Position numbers and translations under genes: made by a program | The notes under the pieces: model-generated | Told to the model about the DNA's origin: nothing | What the model saw: only the letters and a program-made list of their open reading frames with translations | Database searches by the model: none | Virus record (IMG/VR): IMGVR_UViG_3300025103_000092 | Location: 1-32,143 of that record | Source of the DNA: a virus | Taxonomy: Duplodnaviria; Caudoviricetes | Length of the DNA: 32,143 nt | Direction: 5' to 3' (one strand) | In this document: positions 1 through 8,391 of the stretch, piece by piece | Layout: the number at the start of each line of letters is the position of its first letter | Position numbering within the stretch: the first letter of the stretch is position 1

Positions 1-16
1 CATCCCCTGGCTCCTC
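1..16 (-). other. Probable start codon (CAT 1-3) and Shine-Dalgarno of a leftward gene lying outside the window
   Basis: Minus strand reads GAGGAG-ccagggg-ATG, ending exactly at position 1. Confidence 0.5.
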
Positions 17-126
17 TGCCCCGGCTAACGCATGCATTATGCGCGCCCGGGTGGAAAGGAGTTTTGTCTTCGAGGAAAGCGGGGGGTTATGCCCTCCTGA
101 CGCGGTCCACTAAATCAGAAACCCCC

Positions 127-155
127 TTGCCCTTTACTGAGAGATACAGTATCTT
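127..155 (+). promoter_or_regulatory. Sigma70-type promoter for the rightward operon
   Basis: TTGCCC (127-132), 17-nt spacer, TATCTT (150-155); AGGAGG RBS just before ATG 176. Confidence 0.55.
142..154. promoter_or_regulatory. Palindromic operator candidate
   Basis: AGATAC-A-GTATCT perfect inverted repeat overlapping the -10 box, directly upstream of an HTH gene. Confidence 0.5.
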
Positions 156-175
156 GCTGTCAACAGGAGGTTGAG

Positions 176-385
176 ATGGAAGATCCTCACATACTGAGGT
201 CAGTTCGAGAGACGAAGGGAATTACCCAGGCTGAGTTGGCCAAGAGTATTGGTGTGACCAGGTCATACCTCTGTTTGGTCGAGAAGAAGTCTCGTTCAGG
301 TTCAATTCACTTTTGGCGTAAAGCTTCTCAAGTTTTGGAGGTATCTGTGAGTGACTTGATTGCAGATCCTCTTACGCTCAAATGA
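176..385 (+). CDS. Cro/CI-type (XRE) helix-turn-helix regulator
   Basis: LRSVRETKGITQAELAKSIGVTRSYLCLVE matches the HTH_3 pattern; strong AGGAGG RBS. Confidence 0.9.
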   Translation: MEDPHILRSVRETKGITQAELAKSIGVTRSYLCLVEKKSRSGSIHFWRKASQVLEVSVSDLIADPLTLK

Positions 386-486
386 ATTTTTTCCCGATAT
401 ATAGATATCTGAATATCTGTTTATCTTGGTTTCTTTAAGAGTATGTCTAAGTACTAGATATATATATATATTTTCGCGCGCACGCG
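386..486. other. AT-rich putative replication origin
   Basis: About 22% GC over 386-474 in a GC-rich genome; TATCT at 406, 414 and 422; (AT)n tract 458-470; immediately upstream of the helicase. Confidence 0.5.
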
Positions 487-498
487 AGGGAGCGTCAG

Positions 499-1836
499 AT
501 GATTGATGATTTGCCACGGTCTACAGAGGCAGAAGGGAGTGTGTTGAGCACGCTTCTCGTAGACCCATCCTTGTTCGAGGATGTTGACGGAAAAGGACTA
601 CAACGGGGGGACTTCTTTCTCTCCAGGAATGCTACTCTGTGGGACGCCATGGCATCGCTGCATGCATCGTCGAAGACTTTTGACGAAGTGAGCATCAAGC
701 AGTGGATGGTGGACAAGGGAGTGTGGGAGTCTTTCGGTGGGGTTCTCCACCTGGGGGCTATACTTGACAAGGCGTCGTCTAGGTCGGGCCTGTCGCACTA
801 CGTGGACATCGTGTTGGAGAAGAGCGCCAAGAGAGCACTCATCCACGCAGGCGATGACGTGGCTGCTCTTGGTCGGACTGACTTGCCAGCAGACGAGGCC
901 ATCGACCAGGCCGAGGAGATTCTCAGGGGCATCAACTCCCGGGGGAACCTGGGCACAGGGGTGGCTGCGTATGATGGAGTCAGAGACCACATCGGCTACG
1001 TGAAGTCTGTCCAGGATGGAACGGCGGACAACACCGTCATACCTACGGGTATTCAGCCTCTGGACACTATCTTGGGTGGCGGGCTGAAGCTGGGGTGGCA
1101 GGTTGCGGTGATGTCGTGTGCTGGTCACGGCAAGAGCGCACTGAGCATCAACAACTTCGCCCTGTCTGCTGCTGAACACGGGTTCCCTGTGCTTATCTGC
1201 AGCTACGAGATGGCCGCGAGACAGGTGTACGGCAGGCTTGTGGCGACCAAGAGTGGCGTGCCTTTGCATATCCAGACCAAGCCAGACATGGGTGCCCACG
1301 ATTACTCGCGTGTCATGGGCGCTGCTGACATGTTAGCCTCCCTGCCTATCAAGATTGAGGGGCCACAGTGCGGAACGGTGTCTGCGATACGAAGAGCGGC
1401 AAGGAAGATGACAGCCGAGCACAACAAGCCGTGCCTGGTGGTGGTCGATTATTTGCAGCTTATGCGAGGAGGGTCGTCCAGGCGGGACTCTACGCAGGAG
1501 GAAGGCATCTCAGCCAACAGCCGAGGACTAAAACTCCTGGCCGTTGAGCTAAACTGCGTCGTCGTCGTTCTCTCTCAGCCTACTCTGGAGGCTAAACGCA
1601 GCAAGAAGCGGCCTTCTATCAGCGATGCAAAAGGCTCTGGTGCTATCGAGGATGACGCCGATTTGGCTCTCGTGCCCTGGATTCCCCACCGTGTTCAGCC
1701 TGGTATGAGCCGCTCGCTGGCGGAAATCGGGATGGGCAAGTTTCGAGACGGTGTCATGACTGACTTGGGCATCGACGAGGTCTGCTGGTCTGGTGGCCGA
1801 ATGCGATTCGAGCACATGACGCCGGGAGTTCTCTGA
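499..1836 (+). CDS. dnaB: DnaB-like replicative helicase
   Basis: N-terminal LPRSTEAEGSVLSTLL; Walker A AGHGKS; SYEM; VVVDYLQLM; LSQ; SGAIEDDAD; KFRDG. Confidence 0.95.
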   Translation: MIDDLPRSTEAEGSVLSTLLVDPSLFEDVDGKGLQRGDFFLSRNATLWDAMASLHASSKTFDEVSIKQWMVDKGVWESFGGVLHLGAILDKASSRSGLSHYVDIVLEKSAKRALIHAGDDVAALGRTDLPADEAIDQAEEILRGINSRGNLGTGVAAYDGVRDHIGYVKSVQDGTADNTVIPTGIQPLDTILGGGLKLGWQVAVMSCAGHGKSALSINNFALSAAEHGFPVLICSYEMAARQVYGRLVATKSGVPLHIQTKPDMGAHDYSRVMGAADMLASLPIKIEGPQCGTVSAIRRAARKMTAEHNKPCLVVVDYLQLMRGGSSRRDSTQEEGISANSRGLKLLAVELNCVVVVLSQPTLEAKRSKKRPSISDAKGSGAIEDDADLALVPWIPHRVQPGMSRSLAEIGMGKFRDGVMTDLGIDEVCWSGGRMRFEHMTPGVL

Positions 1837-2288
1837 TGAACGAGGTAGACCGACAGTTCTCAATGGGCGTAGACCCTGGGTATTCGGGCGCTATCGCCGT
1901 TTTGTGTGGCGAAGGCAACGTGGTGTCCATTATCAGGCTCGACGACACTGAGCACGATGTGGCGACGCAGGTTGCTATGTGGTCTCGCTACATCAAGATG
2001 GCTTATCTTGAGCAGGTGAGCGCCATGCCGAGGCAGGGTGTGTCCTCTACGTTCAAGTTTGGTACGAGCTACGGGTTCTGTCGAGCCTTGCTTGTCTGCC
2101 ACGCCATTCCTTTTACGACGGTGACGCCGTCTAAGTGGCAGGGCGACATGAAGTGCAGGTCCAAGGGAGACAAGAACGTGACGAAGGCTGCTGCCCAGTG
2201 CCTGTTCCCTGGCCAGAAGGTGACTCACAGGAACGCAGACGCTCTGCTTATCGCTGAGTATGGGAGGCGCAAGTGGTCTTCTACGTGA
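1836..2288 (+). CDS. RuvC-like Holliday junction resolvase
   Basis: GVDPG..GAIA; EQVSAMPRQGVSSTFKFG; VTPSKW; ADALLIAEYG; TGATG coupling to dnaB. Confidence 0.9.
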   Translation: MNEVDRQFSMGVDPGYSGAIAVLCGEGNVVSIIRLDDTEHDVATQVAMWSRYIKMAYLEQVSAMPRQGVSSTFKFGTSYGFCRALLVCHAIPFTTVTPSKWQGDMKCRSKGDKNVTKAAAQCLFPGQKVTHRNADALLIAEYGRRKWSST

Positions 2289-2698
2289 TGCTGCTGTGCG
2301 CTCAGGCTTCTGTCTGGCCGTCCCCTGCTCTTAGCCTGGAGCGTTACGAGACTTGCGTCGATGTGGGCGTTGCTGCCCACGAGGGTGGCGTGGACCCGGC
2401 TGTTGCGGTAGCTCTGTCGTATACAGAGAGCCGCTTCAACCGGGAGGCCGTGAGTTCTCGTGAAGCCCACGGCCCGTTGCAGGTTAAGCCGGTGTTTCAC
2501 TGTGATTCTGGCCGTTTTGAAGGCTGTGACTTGATTAAGTCAGGGATAGGGGCCATAGTCCGCTACCAGAAGAGATATGGACACAAGTGGCTATGCCACT
2601 GGAACTCAGGGAATCAGTGCTACAGGAGGAGCCGTGCATTCGCCAAGCTCGTCCAGAGGCGCGTCCGGGTTCTCAAAAGACCAAGAGGAGCCAAGTGA
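2273..2698 (+). CDS. Lytic transglycosylase (SLT/lysozyme-like) with hydrophobic N-terminus
   Basis: Catalytic ESRFN..AVS; GPLQV; HWNSG (equivalent of AYNAG); GTG start with GGAGG RBS. Confidence 0.8.
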   Translation: MVFYVMLLCAQASVWPSPALSLERYETCVDVGVAAHEGGVDPAVAVALSYTESRFNREAVSSREAHGPLQVKPVFHCDSGRFEGCDLIKSGIGAIVRYQKRYGHKWLCHWNSGNQCYRRSRAFAKLVQRRVRVLKRPRGAK

Positions 2699-2964
2699 TG
2701 GCGACCGAGAAGAAGAAAGCTCCAGCGAAGAAGAAGAAGGCTACATCGACCGGGGCATCGCCGGTTGGCCGCCCTCGAAACCTCGTAAAGCTGACGGTGG
2801 CGGACGTGGACCAGGCTTCGGAAGACCTCTTGCTCGCTCTGTCTGGCCGCATGGGCGTGCCCCCGGAGCGCGTTGTTTTGTTTATGCTGAGTCACTTCTC
2901 CACCCTTTCGAGGGTCCATGGGGAGTTCGGCCTTGTGCAGCTTCTGGAGCGACACCGTGGCTAA
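2698..2964 (+). CDS. Small basic protein, possibly DNA-binding
   Basis: TGATG-coupled ATG at 2698 with GAGGAG RBS; MATEKKKAPAKKKK tail, GRPR, then strand-helix-helix pattern. Confidence 0.65.
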   Translation: MATEKKKAPAKKKKATSTGASPVGRPRNLVKLTVADVDQASEDLLLALSGRMGVPPERVVLFMLSHFSTLSRVHGEFGLVQLLERHRG

Positions 2965-3436
2965 AGAGGTCATCCTTGCCGAGGCTGGTGATGGCGAAGA
3001 GGTTATCGCGCAGCCGCTATCTCAGTTTGAGATCATCGAGGGCCTTCTGGCGGATTGCCTTCAGGAGATCAAGCGCAGCGTAGACGTCCTCTTCTTCAAC
3101 CCGGGGAAGATGGACGAGCGCACAAACGCTATGGCGACTCGTGCGATTGCTTTGGTTGAGGTCAACCAGTGCTTGCAGATGCTCAAGGGCATCCACAACA
3201 GCGCCCTTAGCAAGCGCCACCGGATGTGCCGTGACGTTTTGCGTCAGATGTACAAGCGTCTGATGAAGAACTCTCCTCAAAACGAGGTAGGGAAAGGGTT
3301 TGACCTCCCTCTCTTCGGCACTGACCTGGTGTCCTTTATGACGACGTACCACAAGATTCTTGCTGCTCAGGACCCAGGACGAGAGCAGTCCACGTTGTGG
3401 AGGAGGTTCTGCCGTGGCCAAGCGTTGCCCAAATAA
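2957..3436 (+). CDS. Hypothetical helical protein
   Basis: In-frame GTG at 2957 with GGAG RBS; fills the operon, overlapping both neighbours. Confidence 0.7.
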   Translation: MAKEVILAEAGDGEEVIAQPLSQFEIIEGLLADCLQEIKRSVDVLFFNPGKMDERTNAMATRAIALVEVNQCLQMLKGIHNSALSKRHRMCRDVLRQMYKRLMKNSPQNEVGKGFDLPLFGTDLVSFMTTYHKILAAQDPGREQSTLWRRFCRGQALPK

Positions 3437-3899
3437 GCTCACGCCCGCAGTGGCTGAGGATATCTATGCTCTCGCCAAGCGAGGGTTTACTCTTCAGATG
3501 ATCGCCGACGCCGTTGGCGTCAGCCAGTCGTCTCTGAAGTCTTGGGCCTTTCAGGGCAAGAGCACGACCGCTCACGAATCCCTGCAAGAGTTTGCATATC
3601 GGTACGAGGCCGCCCGCAGCGGGGCGCGTGGTGACATGCTTGAGCAGTTAATTGAGCATGGCCAGAAGGATTGGCGTGCCCTGGCCTGGGCTCTTGAGCG
3701 CACGACTGACGAGTTCAAGATGAAGTCTCGGATGTCTCAGGCGGCCCAAGAGCGCATCGACGACATAACTATCGAGAAGGCCGAGGCGGAGCTTGAGTAT
3801 GTCCGGGCCAAGACGAACGCGCTTAAAGACGGTGTTGTGTCAGAAGGGGACATCGCTGAGGAGCTTGAGCGCATCCAGCGCGAGCAATCCGTTAACTAA
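3414..3899 (+). CDS. terS: Terminase small subunit (HTH)
   Basis: GTG after GGAGGAGG; KLTP...IADAVGVSQSSLKSW HTH; DWRALAWALER; TAATG-coupled to terL. Confidence 0.8.
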   Translation: MAKRCPNKLTPAVAEDIYALAKRGFTLQMIADAVGVSQSSLKSWAFQGKSTTAHESLQEFAYRYEAARSGARGDMLEQLIEHGQKDWRALAWALERTTDEFKMKSRMSQAAQERIDDITIEKAEAELEYVRAKTNALKDGVVSEGDIAEELERIQREQSVN

Positions 3900-5500
3900 T
3901 GGCGACGGACCCCAGAGTCCTCCAGGAGATTCAGGCATGCGCGAGGGACTTCCACTATTTCTGTCGCTACCTGAAGATCGTGGACAAGAAGGGCAATGTT
4001 GTCCCGTTTGCGATGAACGACGCTCAAGAGCGGTTCATGGCCAACTTGGAGGAGAACCCATGGGTTTATATACTCAAGGCTCGCCAGCTTGGCATGACGA
4101 CGGTCGTGGCGGCTCGGAACTTCTGGAGGGCGCTGCTAACGCCGAACTTCAAGGTGGGTGTTCTTGCTCATCAGATCGAGTCCGCAGAAGCGATATTTGA
4201 TATCTACAAGCGGTTCTACACCTATCTGCCGAAGTTCCTTCAGTTCTCGACAGAGCGGTCGAACACGCGAGAGATGCGGTTCTATCACGGCGGGATGATC
4301 AAGGTTGCGACCGCAGCCTCCGAGGGTATTCGTGGCACCACGCTCCAGGCGCTTCACTGCTCGGAGTTTGCGTTCTGGCCAGACCCTGAGAAGACGATCG
4401 CGTCTACCTATCCGACCCTTGGGCCGAACGCAGAGATTGTCCTGGAGACCACCGCGAACGGCATGAACGACGCTCACCGCATGTGGGCCAGTGAGGAGAA
4501 CGGCTTCAAGAAAGTCTTCTTCCCCTGGATGGAAGAGCGCGGGTACTACAAGAAGAAGTACAAGGGCCAGCTACATCCGAAGATTAAAACCTATGCCCAG
4601 GACTTTGAGCTAACAGATGGGCAGGCGAACTGGCTGCACGAGACCTATCAGGTCAAGTGTATGGGCAACTGGAACACCCTTCTCCAGGAGTACCCGGCCA
4701 CGGCTGACCAGGCGTTCATCACGTCTGGAGAGAAGTTCTTTGATGTGATTTACCCGCACGTCCAGTGCCACCATGGGTACCGAACGTATTCAGAGCCACA
4801 GCCCTGGCGCGTGTATGCCATGGGCGTTGACGTGGCTTCAGGCAGTCCTAGCGGCGACTTCTCTACGTTTAGCGTGATGGACGTGACGGACAAGAAGGCC
4901 CCGTTCGTGTGCTCCACGTTTTACCAGCGCATGGCTCCCCACGAGTTTTCCGAGCGGGTCCACCAAGAGGCGAAGAAGTTCGACGCCCTGTGCGTGGTAG
5001 AGAGCAACTCGTATGGGCTGGCGGTGCTTGAGCACCTTATGGGCAACGACTACGCATACGTGTTTAAGCGCACCCAGTACGACAAGATGGGCGAGCGGTT
5101 CGTCGAGAAGATTGGGTTCAACACGAACGTGTCCACTCGCCCCATCATGGTTAGCCGGCTTCACGAATACATATCCAAGGGCTGGCTTGATGTGGTTGAT
5201 GACCGCATGAAGTTTGAGATGAACACGTTTATCTACAACGACAAGGGCAAGCCAATAGCTCAGTCGAAGCGCCACGATGATATGATTTTTGCGTATGCGT
5301 TGACCCTAATGGGCATAGACCAGCTAGACGCCATGACCGAAGAGGTTCATTCGCGTGATCCCACCAATGTGCGCGAGATGTTGCAGTTTGAACTGAACAC
5401 TGGCAAGGTCTTCAACAAAGTGCATGCCAAGGCGAACACAGATCGCTGGGGCGTTCCGCACAACATGTCCTCGTTGATGGATACGTCAACGCTGAAGTAA
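3899..5500 (+). CDS. terL: Terminase large subunit
   Basis: Walker A LKARQLGMTT; Walker B LHCSEFAFW; coupling motif ETTANG; nuclease GVDVA, VESN, HDDMI. Confidence 0.95.
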   Translation: MATDPRVLQEIQACARDFHYFCRYLKIVDKKGNVVPFAMNDAQERFMANLEENPWVYILKARQLGMTTVVAARNFWRALLTPNFKVGVLAHQIESAEAIFDIYKRFYTYLPKFLQFSTERSNTREMRFYHGGMIKVATAASEGIRGTTLQALHCSEFAFWPDPEKTIASTYPTLGPNAEIVLETTANGMNDAHRMWASEENGFKKVFFPWMEERGYYKKKYKGQLHPKIKTYAQDFELTDGQANWLHETYQVKCMGNWNTLLQEYPATADQAFITSGEKFFDVIYPHVQCHHGYRTYSEPQPWRVYAMGVDVASGSPSGDFSTFSVMDVTDKKAPFVCSTFYQRMAPHEFSERVHQEAKKFDALCVVESNSYGLAVLEHLMGNDYAYVFKRTQYDKMGERFVEKIGFNTNVSTRPIMVSRLHEYISKGWLDVVDDRMKFEMNTFIYNDKGKPIAQSKRHDDMIFAYALTLMGIDQLDAMTEEVHSRDPTNVREMLQFELNTGKVFNKVHAKANTDRWGVPHNMSSLMDTSTLK

Positions 5501-5533
5501 TTCGCTGTCGAGCGTTAACCGAAGGAGACTCCA

Positions 5534-6373
5534 TTGAGTATGTTAAGCCAAGAAGATCAAAGTCTTTTAGCCGACTTCATTAGCGGGGACATTCCTGCTG
5601 ATGAGCCTCAAGAAGCTCCACAGGCAGTTCCGTCCGACCCCGCTGAGGACGTACAAGCAAATGCGGAAGGAGAGGGAGATGCAGGTGAATCAGAGGTCGC
5701 GGACCACAGCCCCGCTACCGAAGAAGACCCTGCTCCGGGCCACCGAGTCCCGTATAACCGGTTCAAGCAGGTGCTTGACGCGCGCAATGGCTTCAAGGGT
5801 GAGATCGACAGGTTGTCGGCTGAACTTGAGCAAGCTAGAGCAAGTCAAGCAACGGCCCCTGCTGCTCCCACTAAGGTTGCCAAAGAGAAAAGCGATTCTG
5901 ACGCTTCTTGGCTAGAGGACCTCCTGAAGGAGGACGGCAACTCTAACCAAGAAATGGTCGATAAGATTCGCGCCGAGTTTGGTGGAATTAACGAACGCAT
6001 CTATCAACAAGAAGTCGCAGTTGCTGGCCAGCAGCTTGAGATTGAAGTTGATCACGCGCTCGCGTCCTACCCATCGGTTCCTCGTGAGGTGATCTACCAG
6101 GCTGTTGCCGACAATCCAGACGCGACTGCGCTTCAGATTGCCGAGCACTACTCCACGCAGGTTGGAGGCATTGAGGAGGCGGCCATCGCCCGGTACATCG
6201 CAGAGAACGGTCTCGCTGAGAGTCCCGCCGCTGCTGCACCGGAGGCTGCCCCTCGTGTCGAATCATCCGGCGACATGGAGATGCAAGGTGAGCGCGAGGC
6301 AACGAAGCTTCTGTCTATCGAGGAGGGCACATCCGCTTTGCGGAAGTTCCTCAGCAACAACCCATTTGGATGA
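5534..6373 (+). CDS. Capsid scaffolding protein
   Basis: Acidic disordered N-terminus, RVPYNRFKQV motif, coiled coil; directly before the capsid gene; AAGGAG RBS (start TTG 5534 or ATG 5540). Confidence 0.75.
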   Translation: MSMLSQEDQSLLADFISGDIPADEPQEAPQAVPSDPAEDVQANAEGEGDAGESEVADHSPATEEDPAPGHRVPYNRFKQVLDARNGFKGEIDRLSAELEQARASQATAPAAPTKVAKEKSDSDASWLEDLLKEDGNSNQEMVDKIRAEFGGINERIYQQEVAVAGQQLEIEVDHALASYPSVPREVIYQAVADNPDATALQIAEHYSTQVGGIEEAAIARYIAENGLAESPAAAAPEAAPRVESSGDMEMQGEREATKLLSIEEGTSALRKFLSNNPFG

Positions 6374-6387
6374 GGGAGTAACTCACC

Positions 6388-7797
6388 ATGACAGCGACAG
6401 TAGGAACCCTGGCAGCCCCAGGGACCCTGACCGCGATTCTCAAGGAATTCTACCTTGGGCCGGTTCAGGAGCAGTTGAACAACGAGGTAATGGTCCTCGA
6501 ATTGATGCAGAAGACCACCGTTGATTGGAACGGAAAGGTCGCGATCATCCCTGTACACATCAACCGTAATGACGGTGTTGGTTACCGGGGTGAGAACACA
6601 GACCTTCCCGACGCGGGACAGCAGGGCTTCAATCGCCTTCAGATCGTCGCATCTTACCTGTACGGACGATTCCAGGTCACCGGTCCTGCCATGGCTTCGG
6701 CTGGCAAGGGCGGCCCTAACTCGTTCATCGGGTGGATGGACGCCGAGATGAAGAAGCTCGTCAGCGACGTCAAAAACGCGGCTGACCGCAGCATGGTCTC
6801 CGGTGGTCGCGTTCTGGGCTTCATCAACGAGCACGAGGACAAGAGCGCCAACCCTCGTACCTACGAGTTCTTCGGCGACCTGGAGAGGGTTGCGGAGCTT
6901 AACGCTCTTACTCAGGCCGCTCCTGCGGTGGATCTTCGGCTTGAGGTTATCCGCATGGATACCTATGCGGTTGTCCCCATGTCGGGCGCTCCAAACAACC
7001 CCTTCATGACGGTCAACTCCGTGGATCTTGCAAATCGCACGTTCACCCTGGCCAACCTCCCCACGGCCAACGACCTGGACCTGAGCTTGGCTGGGCCTAA
7101 CACCGTTCCAGACGGAGTTGCTTTTGCTATCCGGGTGGCCAACACCCAGGGCAACGCGGCGGCTACTACGATCTGCGACGTGTTGGACCAACAGCCAACA
7201 GGGGTCTTCGGCAACCTTGCCGAGCCTTCGCACTTCACCGTAGACCGGACAACGGCTGGCGCTGTCGGCGCTTCGGCTGGTCAAGACAACTTGCAGTCAA
7301 CGGTGATCACCATGGCTACGGGAGGCGACCACGACCGAGCGGACATCGGGCTTACTCGAATCCAGGCGGTCATGGACACGGTGCTCAACACCTCTGGCAC
7401 GGAGCCCAACGTCATCTTGATGAACCCGCTCCAGCGTCAGAAGTATGCGGCTCTGTTCCAGCTTACGGCTGCTGCTGCCAACCCTGGCCCGAACGCGGTT
7501 CAGAACGTCAGCGGTGAGAAGGCTGGTCAGTTCAACGGCGGGTTTAGCGGGCTGTCTTACGGCTCCATGCCGCTCAAGACGTCTCGCCACGTTGCCAACG
7601 GCGGCATGATCTTCCTCAAGACTGACACGTGGAAGTTGCTGGAGCTTCAGCCCCACGGCTTCGCGGATGTGGACGGCGACGTCCTCCTTCGAGTCCAAAA
7701 CCGGGATTCGTATGAGGGCTACTACCGCTGGTACTACAACACCGTGTGCGTACAGCCGAATCGCAACGCGATTCTTGCAGGTCTGACTCTCCTATAG
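6388..7797 (+). CDS. Major capsid protein
   Basis: LTAILKEFYLGPVQEQLNNE N-terminus; GYRGENTDLP; ILMNP; C-terminal YYNTVCVQPNRNAILAGL; position after the scaffold gene. Confidence 0.85.
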   Translation: MTATVGTLAAPGTLTAILKEFYLGPVQEQLNNEVMVLELMQKTTVDWNGKVAIIPVHINRNDGVGYRGENTDLPDAGQQGFNRLQIVASYLYGRFQVTGPAMASAGKGGPNSFIGWMDAEMKKLVSDVKNAADRSMVSGGRVLGFINEHEDKSANPRTYEFFGDLERVAELNALTQAAPAVDLRLEVIRMDTYAVVPMSGAPNNPFMTVNSVDLANRTFTLANLPTANDLDLSLAGPNTVPDGVAFAIRVANTQGNAAATTICDVLDQQPTGVFGNLAEPSHFTVDRTTAGAVGASAGQDNLQSTVITMATGGDHDRADIGLTRIQAVMDTVLNTSGTEPNVILMNPLQRQKYAALFQLTAAAANPGPNAVQNVSGEKAGQFNGGFSGLSYGSMPLKTSRHVANGGMIFLKTDTWKLLELQPHGFADVDGDVLLRVQNRDSYEGYYRWYYNTVCVQPNRNAILAGLTLL

Positions 7798-7826
7798 CCC
7801 ATCCCTTGGGCCACGGAGGTCTCCCT

Positions 7827-8021
7827 GTGCAAAGCGTCCTCGTCATCTTAGCTTCACTCGCTTTGTTGATGGGGGCGCTTTGCCTTTTTTTGGTCTCCTA
7901 CTACGTTTACCTTTTGATCAAGAAGGTGAAGATGGAGGAGGATATTCTTCTCGCCAGACAAGGGGACCTGTCCAACGTCCCTGTGTTTGACGTCGTATAT
8001 GGAGACAATCATGGCGTATAG
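7827..8021 (+). CDS. Small single-pass membrane protein
   Basis: GTG 7827 with GGAGG RBS; hydrophobic VLVILASLALLMGALCLFLVSYYVYLLI followed by KKVK. Confidence 0.6.
   Translation: MQSVLVILASLALLMGALCLFLVSYYVYLLIKKVKMEEDILLARQGDLSNVPVFDVVYGDNHGV
7871..7891 (+). terminator. Weak intrinsic terminator candidate downstream of the capsid gene
   Basis: GGGGCG-CTT-TGCCTT stem rich in G:U pairs, running into T7; lies inside the small ORF. Confidence 0.25.
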
Positions 8022-8391
8022 CGGCCTGACAATGGGCTCCCTCACGGACTCGGTCAACAGGGCGTACTCGCCCCGTGGGGATGCCGCTCGAAGCAGGATG
8101 CAATTTCGGGGCGCCCCGAAGAAGGAGGGCGGGTTTCTTTCGGGCCTTGGCAACCTGGGTGGCTTGGGGCTGCAGGCTTTTGGCGCAGCTACTGCCAACC
8201 CCCTTATGGCGGCGGGGGGGTCTGCCCTGTCGTCCCTTAGCAAGGGCGATGGCATCAACGCTGAGATGGTCGCTAGTGGCCTTGGCGCTGCTTACGGGCA
8301 GAGCCAGATGGACTACGGCTCGTCGCCTTCCGCTAAGTACCGAGATCCCTTCAGCGGGGAAATGGACAAATACGGGCTGATGAACGTATGA
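8011..8391 (+). CDS. Gly/Ala-rich protein, possible pilot/ejection protein
   Basis: ATG 8011 with GGAG RBS; GGFLSGLGNLGGLGLQAFGAATANPLMAAGG glycine-zipper-like segment; ATGA-coupled to portal. Confidence 0.6.
   Translation: MAYSGLTMGSLTDSVNRAYSPRGDAARSRMQFRGAPKKEGGFLSGLGNLGGLGLQAFGAATANPLMAAGGSALSSLSKGDGINAEMVASGLGAAYGQSQMDYGSSPSAKYRDPFSGEMDKYGLMNV

Noticed and set aside
302-517. Minus-strand ORF across the AT island
   Set aside because: Overlaps both the HTH gene and dnaB, and its sequence simply reflects the AT/CG tracts; better explained as non-coding
6148-7284. 378-aa minus-strand ORF, and similar long ones at 14784-15659, 16499-17368, 26304-27269 and 27086-28216
   Set aside because: Antisense shadows of well-supported + strand genes in GC-rich, codon-biased DNA; no recognisable motifs
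7885-7892. T TTT TTG slippery heptamer in the small membrane ORF
   Set aside because: The -1 frame stops before reaching the next gene; this is not a tail-chaperone context
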